64,000 nt of DNA from contig CP070763.1 in assembly GCA_020349025.1 (NCBI GenBank), forward strand, positions 2,377,673 through 2,441,672, given 5' to 3'. This document shows, piece by piece, positions 27,786-36,236 of this stretch (within the stretch, counting starts at the first letter, position 1; each line of letters starts with the position of its first letter). The notes beneath the pieces were generated by a model, which saw nothing but the letters and a program-made list of their open reading frames with translations, was not told where the DNA came from and did not search any database. This DNA is from Candidatus Latescibacterota bacterium. Lineage in GTDB: Bacteria > Krumholzibacteriota > Krumholzibacteriia > G020349025. Made by a program: the position numbers and the translations under genes.

Positions 27786-28753
27786 GTGCGGCGCCAGAGC
27801 TCGAGGACGCGTTCCAAGGTGAGTGAAGCCTCCGCTTCACCACGACAGCTGTACCAGCAGCGCGTGCACTCGGTGGGCTCCATGCCGCGATACTGCGTGT
27901 AGTGCACGAAGGGCGCGAAGTCGGCACACTGGCGCACCTGCCCGTCCGGCGTGAGCTGCACGAACCCGGTTCCCGCCTTGCAACCGGGGATGCCGCCGTT
28001 CGTGAAGTAGGGCACGATGCGTTCCAGGTAGTAGCGCGAGTTCGTGATGTTGCCGTGCGTCGACTTGTGCTGGATGAGCGCGTCGACGATGTGGGAGAGC
28101 TCGTCGATCTGGTCGCCCGAGAAGTAGTGGGCCCGATTGCCGTTCTTGAAGTCGGTGTAGCAGCTGAAGGAGACCTTCGCACCCCACTCCAGCGTCCGGC
28201 GCGCCATGGAGAGGATCTGGTCGAGGTTCTCACGCATGATCACCGTATTGGCGAGCATGTTGTGTCCGGCAGCTGTGAGCTTGGGGACGAGCTCCGCGAC
28301 GTGCTCGTACAGCCCCGGCAGCTTGCGCTCCTCATCCTGGCGCGCGTCGAGGTAGTTGAGCGAGATCGAGATCTGGTCGAGCCCGGCATCGAAGAGCTGC
28401 GTCGCCTTCTCCTCGGTGAGGAGCGAACCGTTGGTGATCACGTAGACGTAGATGAAGCGCTGGTGTGCTTTCACGTCGCGCACGATCTGCACCAGTTTCT
28501 TCTCCAGGAGGGGCTCCCCGCCCGTGATCGCCAGGACCATCGGGTTGAGCTGGCGCACCATGTCCACGACGTCGCCCAGCTTCGGGCTGTGCTTGGTCTT
28601 CCAGTCATCGCAGAAATCGCAGCCGGCGTTGCAGTGCTTGGTCATCTCGATGCTCGCCAGCATCGGCAGACGGTGGCGGCGGTTGTGGATGTACTTGCGC
28701 GTGGCGTCGATCTTCTCGTGCAGCTTGAGGCTGTGGATTGCGCTCACCTCCAC
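27782..28753 (-). CDS. Radical SAM protein with a C-terminal SPASM/twitch auxiliary-cluster domain. Function unknown.
   Basis: The CNAGCDFC CxxxCxxC motif is about 40 aa from the N-terminus. A glycine-rich SAM motif (ITGGEPLL) follows. The C-terminal Cys pattern is GCKAGTGFVQLTPDGQVRQC...CTRCWYSCRGE. GTG start. The protein is 323 aa with no RRE-like N-terminal domain. Confidence 0.8.
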   Translation of the reverse strand: MEVSAIHSLKLHEKIDATRKYIHNRRHRLPMLASIEMTKHCNAGCDFCDDWKTKHSPKLGDVVDMVRQLNPMVLAITGGEPLLEKKLVQIVRDVKAHQRFIYVYVITNGSLLTEEKATQLFDAGLDQISISLNYLDARQDEERKLPGLYEHVAELVPKLTAAGHNMLANTVIMRENLDQILSMARRTLEWGAKVSFSCYTDFKNGNRAHYFSGDQIDELSHIVDALIQHKSTHGNITNSRYYLERIVPYFTNGGIPGCKAGTGFVQLTPDGQVRQCADFAPFVHYTQYRGMEPTECTRCWYSCRGEAEASLTLERVLELWRRT

Positions 28754-28812
28754 GCGGCAGAACGTGCCCTGCGGCCGCGAATCCTAACAGAATCTGATAT
28801 CAGGTTGAAAGG

Positions 28813-30576
28813 CTACTTGCGCCGGCGAAGCTTGTCCTTCAGGGCGCCCAGCTGGTCGGCCATCGTGTGGGTGAGGGATCCTCCGCCGGACGCCGCCGCA
28901 ACCTGTTCTGGGCCGCGCTGCTGGCGGCCGCTGCGCGATTCGCGGCGGGGTGGGCGCTCCTTGGTGCTCTTCGGCTCCTCGTGGCAGCGACGAATGGAAA
29001 GGGAGATCCGGCGCTTTTCGGAGTCGATCCGCAACACCTTGACCTGGACCTCCTGGCCGACGCGGACTGCCTCCTTCGGGTCGCTCAGGCGCTTGCTCGA
29101 GAGCTCCGTGACGTGGACCAGTCCGTCGATGCCGACCGGCAGGCGCACGAACGCACCGAAGGGTGCGAGGCGTGCCACGACGCCGTCGACCACGTCCCCC
29201 TCGTGCAGCTGCTCCTGCACCTGGCTCCAGGGATCGGGTCCGAGGTCGGCGAGCGCCAGCGCGATGCGCTCGCGCCGCGTCCCGGGGTTCTCCACCGTCA
29301 CGACGCGCACCTTCACCGTTTGCCCCACCGAGACGACGCCCTTGGGGTCGTCGATGCGGGTATGCCCCATGCGCGACACGTGCAGGAGCCCCTCGAGGCC
29401 ACCCAGGTCGATGAAGGCGCCGAAAGGTTGGATGCGCTTGACCACGCCTTCGAACTCGGCACCCTCCTCCAGGTGCTTGCGCGTTTCCCGCGCTTTCTCC
29501 TTCGCTTCCTCGCGCAGGATGGCGCGACGCGAGACCACGATGTTGCGACCACTGTTCTCCCAGCGCAGGACGCGGAAGGTGAGGCGCTTGCCCACGTACT
29601 CCTGCGGGTCGGCAACGAAGGTCGTGTCGATCTGCGACAGGGGACAGAAGGCGCGAACACCACCAACGCTGACGTCGAAGCCGCCCTTGTTGACGGAGCG
29701 CACGGTGCCCGACACGGGGACGCGGTTCTCGTGCGCGATGCGAAGCTTCGCTGCGTTCAGGGCGCCACGCTTCTTGCCGAGCGTGAGCGTGACTCCGTCG
29801 TCGATCGAGACCACCGTGGCGCTCAAGGTATCGTCGACGCGTAGCAGGACCGCACCCTCCTTGTCGCGCAGCTCCGAGGTGGCGATGCTCGCCTCCGCAC
29901 GTCCGCCGTAGTCCACGAATGTCTGGTCCTCCTGAATCGACGCGATTCGCCCGCGCACGCGTTCCCCCACCTTGACCTCGCGTGGTGGCTTGCTCTTCTC
30001 GAGAATCTCAGCCATTCCGGCCGCCGCCGCGGCCTCGGAAGGCGTCTCCGCCGTCTTCTCCAGCTTCGCTGCGTCGGCCTCTGCAGCGAGCGCCGCAGCA
30101 CTCTTCTCGACGTCGGTCGTCGTGTCCGCCGTCGTCGTCTCGGCGGCGGCCTCCACGTGTGGCTTCGACTCGTCGGCCGGCGCCGGCTCGGTTGGCGACG
30201 GAACCTGCGCCGTGGGCTCGACGTCGGGCTGCGTTGCAGCTGGCGGCTCCGGAGTTGGAGTTGCAGGCGTTTCGATCGGCTCCGCCGGCTGCACCTCGGT
30301 CGTTGGCGGCACCTCGGTCGTCGGCGACACCTCGGATTTCGGCGCCAAGTCTCCGTTCCCGGCGATCGTCGGCTCGACTTGCGGTGTTGTGGTGGATTCG
30401 GAGTCGACCTCTCCGTTGCCCTCCGCCGCGGCGGTCTCCGACGTCGTCACGCTCGCCTCCACGGCTGCTTCTGCGGCAGCGTCTTTTTCAGCGGGACGTG
30501 CGTCGTCCACGTCCGGGTGTGCAACATCGGGTCGTGTCCTGGCCTGATCGGGTGGCAAGGTGGGCTCTTCGGGCAT
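28813..30576 (-). CDS. Multi-S1-domain RNA-binding protein (ribosomal protein S1-like) with a ~190-aa acidic Pro/Thr/Glu/Ala-rich disordered N-terminus.
   Basis: Four S1-type OB folds are present (GERVRGRIASI..., GTVRSVNKGGFDVSVGG, FEGVVKRIQPFGAFIDLGG, GDVVDGVVARLAPFGAFVRL). The start is taken at ATG 30576 (MPEEPT) with GGAG 6 nt upstream. Confidence 0.75.
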   Translation of the reverse strand: MPEEPTLPPDQARTRPDVAHPDVDDARPAEKDAAAEAAVEASVTTSETAAAEGNGEVDSESTTTPQVEPTIAGNGDLAPKSEVSPTTEVPPTTEVQPAEPIETPATPTPEPPAATQPDVEPTAQVPSPTEPAPADESKPHVEAAAETTTADTTTDVEKSAAALAAEADAAKLEKTAETPSEAAAAAGMAEILEKSKPPREVKVGERVRGRIASIQEDQTFVDYGGRAEASIATSELRDKEGAVLLRVDDTLSATVVSIDDGVTLTLGKKRGALNAAKLRIAHENRVPVSGTVRSVNKGGFDVSVGGVRAFCPLSQIDTTFVADPQEYVGKRLTFRVLRWENSGRNIVVSRRAILREEAKEKARETRKHLEEGAEFEGVVKRIQPFGAFIDLGGLEGLLHVSRMGHTRIDDPKGVVSVGQTVKVRVVTVENPGTRRERIALALADLGPDPWSQVQEQLHEGDVVDGVVARLAPFGAFVRLPVGIDGLVHVTELSSKRLSDPKEAVRVGQEVQVKVLRIDSEKRRISLSIRRCHEEPKSTKERPPRRESRSGRQQRGPEQVAAASGGGSLTHTMADQLGALKDKLRRRK

Positions 30577-30758
30577 GCGTACTCCGGGAGGAGATCGACT
30601 CTGCACTATTAGGGCGCTAGCATAGCGCATCTTGCCCGATTCCCCAAGCGCCTCGCCGCCGGCCGCAAGTCACCGTAACCAAAACACTTCGGGCTTTGGC
30701 GCGGGTCACAGGTCGGCAGCGCGGCCGGGATCCGGCACGCGGGCACTCCACTCCCCCT

Positions 30759-30764
30759 TATAAT
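30759..30764 (+). promoter_or_regulatory. Candidate -10 box (TATAAT) for the downstream QueD-family gene.
   Basis: A perfect TATAAT hexamer lies 24 nt upstream of ATG 30788 in a very GC-rich context. GGAGG sits between it and the start codon. Confidence 0.3.
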
Positions 30765-30787
30765 GCGGTCCTCAGGCGGAGGCGTCC

Positions 30788-31189
30788 ATGTACCAGATCA
30801 CGCGCGAGCTCGCATTCTGCTACGGGCATCGGCTTCTGGAGCACGCTGGCAAGTGTGCCCACCTGCACGGACACAATGGCCTGGCTGTCCTGACACTCGG
30901 CTCGGAGCACCTGGACGCGCTCGGGATGGTCGCGGACTTCCAGCTGGTGCGCGATCGATTGGGCGCATGGATCGACGAGCACCTCGATCACCGCATGATC
31001 CTGCGTGAGGACGATCCTGCTCTGCCTGCACTTCTCGAGCTCGGCGAGCCGGTCTACGTCGTCGATTCCAATCCGACGGCGGAGCACTTGGCGCGGCTCC
31101 TCTTCGAGCGCGCGCGCGAGCTCGGGTTGCCTGTTGTGAAGGTGCGCCTTGTCGAAACGCCAACTTGCGCCGCAACGTATCGCCCCTGA
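30788..31189 (+). CDS. 6-pyruvoyl-tetrahydropterin synthase / QueD family protein (second paralogue in the window).
   Basis: CAHLHGHN (CxxxHGH) and FCYGHRLLEH match the PTPS fold. The protein is 133 aa. Confidence 0.75.
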   Translation: MYQITRELAFCYGHRLLEHAGKCAHLHGHNGLAVLTLGSEHLDALGMVADFQLVRDRLGAWIDEHLDHRMILREDDPALPALLELGEPVYVVDSNPTAEHLARLLFERARELGLPVVKVRLVETPTCAATYRP

Positions 31190-31291
31190 CGCGATTCCGC
31201 AGCCTGCGATTGTGCACGACGTTGCGCCTGGATCAATCCCCTGGGGCCTGTTTCTTGCGCTTCCGCTCCATTCCCGAGGTCTGGAGCGCTC

Positions 31292-31738
31292 GTGTCAGCC
31301 GAAGACTACAGGATCAACGCCGAAGTTCGACGCCACCTCACGAGCCGGTGGGTCGACGTGTCGCGTCTGCAGATCGGCACCACGAACGGCGTGGTCTACC
31401 TGATGGGGACGTTCGAACCGACGGTCGACGATGCGCTGCGCCGTGTCGGGCAGCAGCAGATCGACGATCCCGTCAAGCGCTTGATCAAGCTTCTCCTGAT
31501 CGTCGATCGAGAGTTGCGCCGCCTGCGCAACGTCCGCGATGTCGTCCACAACTTCCGCAACATCAAGAGACGCGGTGGAACGTGGCGCGTGTCCACCCCG
31601 CGCGGCGTGCAGACCGTGTCCGACGACGACGCGCGCGGCGACACCAAGAAGAGACGCAAGAAGGTCGCGGTGCAGACGAACAAGACGGAAGAACTGAGGG
31701 AAGAAGATGGGAGCGACACCACTCCACAGTCTGAGTGA
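31292..31738 (+). CDS. BON-domain protein (OsmY-like) with a basic C-terminal tail.
   Basis: GTG start with GGAG 7 nt upstream. LTSRWVDVSRLQIGTTNGVVYLMGTFEP...VRDVVHNFRNI fits the BON consensus. The tail is Lys/Arg-rich. Confidence 0.45.
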   Translation: MSAEDYRINAEVRRHLTSRWVDVSRLQIGTTNGVVYLMGTFEPTVDDALRRVGQQQIDDPVKRLIKLLLIVDRELRRLRNVRDVVHNFRNIKRRGGTWRVSTPRGVQTVSDDDARGDTKKRRKKVAVQTNKTEELREEDGSDTTPQSE

Positions 31739-32909
31739 GCTCATCCACGAGCTCGACATCAAGATCGAACGCAACCCCGGCTATGCCGACCTGCGCAACA
31801 TGCGCGGTCTCGTGCTGGTCTGTCGCCGGGAGGCGGGGGCAGCCGCTAACGACTTCACGGTGGCTCTCGAGCGCAACCCGCGCTACACGGCCGCGCTCCT
31901 CAACCGCGCCTGGGCGCACTTCGAGCGCGCCGAGCCGGAGCTCATTCGCGAGTTCCTGGCAGAGCGTGCCGGGCAGCAGCTGAGCGCAGAGCATCGCCGT
32001 CACCTGAAGCTTCTCGAAGTGCTGGGGCGCGATGGGATGCAGGCCGCGGCGGAGCTACTCGAACACTACGCTCCGACCGAGCTGCCCGCACGCCAACGTT
32101 GGCTCGAGCTCGATCGCTTGTGGATCGGCTGCCAGCAGCGCCGCTGGGACCTGGTCGATGCACAGCTGGAACGCATCCTGGAGTGGATTCCCGACATGAT
32201 CCCGCACTTCCGCGCCGTCGGATTGCTGCAACCGGGGTCTCGAGGCCGTGATGCGCTCGCGCTCTGGAGCGAGACCTACCGTGGCAACCCGCAGATCGCG
32301 GCGGCGCTGCGCGAGTGCGTCATGCTCTGCTCGCGCCCCGAATCGCACGGCGACGCGCTCCTGCACTGGAGTGCGGCGATCTCGTTGGACCTCTGCGATT
32401 ACTGGATGGCGATCGGGACACGGTGCGAGCTCCAGGGTCGCGACGCCGATGCAGAGACGGCGCATCAGCGCGCCGTCGACTGCAACCCTCGTTGCGCACA
32501 GCCCTACGTCAAGCTGGGGCTGCTCTATGCCGCCTGTGGCCGCCCGCACCAGGCCGTGCTGGAGCTCGAAGAAGCGACTGCTTTGCAGCCGCGCTATCCC
32601 GACCTGCGCTACATGCTGGGCTTGCTGCACGAGGACCTGGAGCAGCCCGATGAAGCCGAGGCGGAGTACCGCAACGCCCTCAGCATCCACGCCGGATACA
32701 CGATGGCGCGGCTGGCTCTGGGATGCCTCCTCGATTCGCGGCGCCATGACGAGGAGGCGTTGACGCTCCTCGAGGACGTGCGACAAGCGGGTGTCGAGTC
32801 CGCCGACCTGGAGCACCGACTCGCCGGCCTCTACGACCGCACGGGCCGGCCCGAGGATGCGATCGACGCGCGTGCACGCGCACGCGAGCTCAACATCTCC
32901 GAAGTCTGA
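31707..32909 (+). CDS. Tetratricopeptide-repeat protein.
   Basis: Several 34-aa TPR-like units are present (NPRYTAALLNRAWAHFERAEPE, AHQRAVDCNPRCAQPYVKLGLLYAACGRPHQAVLELEEATALQPRYPD ...). It overlaps the upstream gene by 32 nt. Confidence 0.6.
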   Translation: MGATPLHSLSELIHELDIKIERNPGYADLRNMRGLVLVCRREAGAAANDFTVALERNPRYTAALLNRAWAHFERAEPELIREFLAERAGQQLSAEHRRHLKLLEVLGRDGMQAAAELLEHYAPTELPARQRWLELDRLWIGCQQRRWDLVDAQLERILEWIPDMIPHFRAVGLLQPGSRGRDALALWSETYRGNPQIAAALRECVMLCSRPESHGDALLHWSAAISLDLCDYWMAIGTRCELQGRDADAETAHQRAVDCNPRCAQPYVKLGLLYAACGRPHQAVLELEEATALQPRYPDLRYMLGLLHEDLEQPDEAEAEYRNALSIHAGYTMARLALGCLLDSRRHDEEALTLLEDVRQAGVESADLEHRLAGLYDRTGRPEDAIDARARARELNISEV

Positions 32910-33091
32910 GCCACGTGGCATGAAGCGACAGGCGCGGGGCGTGCACGGCTTCTGTGCGGACGCTCCTCGCCGGCCCTCCAGGCCGTCTCGTCTCTTGTGT
33001 GCCGAGTGAGCAGGCGCGCGCCGGAAGCGCGCGCGCGAACGTCCGCCCGAACCCCTCGCGACGGAGCGCACACCGCTGCGCGCGCGAGCCG

Positions 33092-36000
33092 TCAGTCGCC
33101 CGAGGCAGGAAGGTGACGCCGGCGTCGCAGACGCGACACCGCGGCCACGAGGCCGGAGGGACGGTTGACGTGCACGTGGCCGCTGCGGCTCCAGATGCCG
33201 CGCGCGTAGTCGAGCAGGCGTTCTTCGAGGACGTAGAAGGTGGGGAGCACGATCAGGGTCAAGGCGGTGCCGGACAGGAGTCCGCCGATGAGCGCGCGAG
33301 CCATGGGGTAGTACTGCGCGTCCGACATCGCGGTGTCGCTGAGTGCGAGCGGCAGCAGCCCGAGAACCGTGGTGGCCGCCGTCATCAGGATCGGGCGGAA
33401 GCGCTCGCGCCCCGCTTCGATGATGGCGTCGTGGAGCGGCAAGCCGCGTCTCCTGAAGGTGTTGACGTGGCTGATGAGGACGATGCCGTTGTTGACGATG
33501 ACGCCGATCAGAACGACGACGCCGATCATCGCCATGATGTTCATGGGCGTGTTGGTGAGCGCCATCAGCCAGATGACCCCGAAGATGGCGAACGGCACCG
33601 TGAGCATGATGACGAGTGGGTGCAGGAACGACTCGAACAGCGCGGCCATCACGAAGTAAACGCAGGCGAGCGCGAGCTGGATGTTCAGGAACATTTCGTT
33701 CTGCTCCTGCGCGACGCGCCGGTCCTCGCGGCCGAACGACCAGGCGTACCCCGCCGGCAGCACCATCGTGCTCATCAGCTCCGCCATCTCTTCGCGCGCG
33801 TCGCCGAACTCTTCACCTTCGTACGTGCCCAGGATGCTGATCGACGTGCGCTGCTGCTCGCGGTGGATGTTCGTCGGCGCGTGCTTGAACTGGAAGTCCG
33901 CCACCTGTTCCAGCGTCACGGGGCGGCCATCCTGGATGCCGATCGTCATGACGCGCAGATGCTCGAGGCTCTTGCGATCCTCCGGCGTCAGCAAGATCCC
34001 GATCGGCACCTCCCGGTCGTCCGCTTGCATCTCGCGCAGGTCGACACCACGGAAGGTGAGATTCAGAATGCCGGCGATGCCGTTCGGGTTCACGCCGAAG
34101 CGGCTCGCCTTTTCCCGGTTGACGATGACGTGCACCTCTTCCCGGCCCTGCTCCACGTTCGTGCGCACGTCGTGCACGTCGTGTACGAGAGCCATGCGCC
34201 GCTTCGCTTCGACGGAGAGCTCGGCCAGCATGTCGGAGTCCTCGCCGAAGAGCGACACGCGCAGAGTCTGCGCGCCCATGTTGGGCGCGTCGTCGTCTCC
34301 GAGCATGTAGGTCACACCCGCCTGCTCCGGTAGCTCCTCGCGGAACATGTCGCGCAGGTCACGGATCTCGCGCTCGCGCAGCCGGTGGTCGAAGAACAGC
34401 GTCACCTGGCCGAGGTTGTCCATGAAGAAGCTGTAGACCTCGGCACCGAGCGAGTCGGACTTCGTGAGCAGGTAGTCCTCCACGTTCTTCACGTACTCGT
34501 CCGCTTTGTAGACGTTGACGTTGTCATGGAAGCGCAAACGCACCATCAGTCGATTGGTGCGGAAGCCACGCTCACCGAACGTGTCCATCCCGAACCCGCT
34601 CAGCTTGGTCATGCCGATCGTCGCTGGAATCAGCGCAAGAATCAGCAACAACGTCAGCACCGGGTGCTCCGACGTCGTCCAACGCAACACCCGGATGTAG
34701 CGTGCCTGCAGTGCAGCCACCACGCGCGAAGGCTCGCCCGCTTTGGGCGCACGCAGGCGCGCAGCCATCAGTGGAACGAGCGTGAGCGAGATCAGGAGCG
34801 AGAAGAGGAGCGTCACGGAAAGCGTCAACCCCACCTCGCGCAGCCAGACGACGATCTGGTCTCCGCCCCCCAGGACGATCGGTGCGAAGACGATGACCGA
34901 CGTGAGCGTGGACGCCGTCACCGCGACGCCCACCTCGCGCGCACCCGACTCCGAGGCGGAGTTCCCCCTTTCGCCACGCAGCTGATGGCGGTAGATCGAC
35001 TCCAGGACGACAATGGCGTTGTCGACAAGCATTCCGACCGCCAACATGAGCCCCATCATCGTCAGCAGGTTGAGTGTCTTGCCGCTCAGGTAGAGGAAGA
35101 CACACGTCGCCATGATCGAGAAGGGGATCGCCGTCGCCACGACGATCGTCGTGCGCACGTGGCGCAGGAAGAAGAAGAGCACGAAGACGGCGAGCAGCGA
35201 GCCCACGACCCCCGAAACCAGCAACCCGTTCAGCGACTCCAGAATCTCGTCGGCCTGATCGAAGAAGAGAACGAGGTCGATTCCAGCGAGCGCCGGATCC
35301 TCCGCAGCACGGTCGAGCGCGCGCTGGACCGCACGCGAGACGTCGACGATGTAGGCGCCGGACGCTTTCTGGATCTCGAAGGCAATGGCGGGTTCACCGT
35401 TCAGACGTCTGTACCAGTTCGCATCCGGCTCGCGCTCGACCACGTCGGCGATGTCGGCGAGCACGAGACCCTGTCCGGAGATGCGCAGGTTGGCGATCTC
35501 CTCCGCCGTCTTGTAGGCGCCCACCGTGCGCAGGTTGTAGCGCATCCCCGCGGTGGTCACCTTGCCGACCGAGAGGTTGATGTTGTTGCTGTTGAGCTCG
35601 CGGAAGACGCGGTTGACGTCGATCTGGTGCGCCTTGATCGCATCCATCTTCAAATAGATGGTGACCTCGCGTGGCGCGATCCCATCGATCTGGACGCGCC
35701 CCACGCCCTCGATGCGTTCGAGCGGCTTGATGATCTTGCGTTCCAGGAGCTCGTACGATCCGGCCAAGTCGCGGTTCTTCGCCGAGATGCGCCCCACCAT
35801 GATCGGGATGTCGTTCGAGTTGAAGGTGAACAGGAAGATGTCGCGCACGTCGGAGGGCAGGTCGGCGCGCACCTGGTCGATGCGTTCGCGCACGTCCATG
35901 CGCATGACGTCGACGGGACGGCCGAACTCGAACTCCACCCACACCCAGCACCCCTGGGAGTCGCTGTTCGATCCGATCTCGTGCACGTCGCCGAGGGTGG

Positions 36001-36214
36001 CCAGGACCTCCTCGAGCGGCTTGGCGATCTCGCGCTCCACCTGGGTGGGGAGCGCGTTCGGGTAGGGCACGTTGACGACGATGACCGGAAAATCGACATC
36101 GGGGAGGAAGTTGATCTTCAGGCGCGTGACCGAGATGAAGCCGAGGACGAGGAGCGTCAGCACCATCATCAGCACGGTGACCGGCCGCGTCAGTGCCATG
36201 CGCGTCAGCTTCAC
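33092..36214 (-). CDS. RND (HAE1-family, AcrB/MdtC-like) efflux permease. Second permease of operon 1.
   Basis: 1040 aa with 12 TM segments. Canonical RND N-terminus (MKLTRMALTRPVTVLMMVLTLLVLG) and a conserved VDNAIVVLE motif. GTG start with GGAGGA upstream. Confidence 0.9.
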   Translation of the reverse strand: MKLTRMALTRPVTVLMMVLTLLVLGFISVTRLKINFLPDVDFPVIVVNVPYPNALPTQVEREIAKPLEEVLATLGDVHEIGSNSDSQGCWVWVEFEFGRPVDVMRMDVRERIDQVRADLPSDVRDIFLFTFNSNDIPIMVGRISAKNRDLAGSYELLERKIIKPLERIEGVGRVQIDGIAPREVTIYLKMDAIKAHQIDVNRVFRELNSNNINLSVGKVTTAGMRYNLRTVGAYKTAEEIANLRISGQGLVLADIADVVEREPDANWYRRLNGEPAIAFEIQKASGAYIVDVSRAVQRALDRAAEDPALAGIDLVLFFDQADEILESLNGLLVSGVVGSLLAVFVLFFFLRHVRTTIVVATAIPFSIMATCVFLYLSGKTLNLLTMMGLMLAVGMLVDNAIVVLESIYRHQLRGERGNSASESGAREVGVAVTASTLTSVIVFAPIVLGGGDQIVVWLREVGLTLSVTLLFSLLISLTLVPLMAARLRAPKAGEPSRVVAALQARYIRVLRWTTSEHPVLTLLLILALIPATIGMTKLSGFGMDTFGERGFRTNRLMVRLRFHDNVNVYKADEYVKNVEDYLLTKSDSLGAEVYSFFMDNLGQVTLFFDHRLREREIRDLRDMFREELPEQAGVTYMLGDDDAPNMGAQTLRVSLFGEDSDMLAELSVEAKRRMALVHDVHDVRTNVEQGREEVHVIVNREKASRFGVNPNGIAGILNLTFRGVDLREMQADDREVPIGILLTPEDRKSLEHLRVMTIGIQDGRPVTLEQVADFQFKHAPTNIHREQQRTSISILGTYEGEEFGDAREEMAELMSTMVLPAGYAWSFGREDRRVAQEQNEMFLNIQLALACVYFVMAALFESFLHPLVIMLTVPFAIFGVIWLMALTNTPMNIMAMIGVVVLIGVIVNNGIVLISHVNTFRRRGLPLHDAIIEAGRERFRPILMTAATTVLGLLPLALSDTAMSDAQYYPMARALIGGLLSGTALTLIVLPTFYVLEERLLDYARGIWSRSGHVHVNRPSGLVAAVSRLRRRRHLPASGD

Positions 36215-36236
36215 GTCGCTCCTCCGTTCGGGAAGG

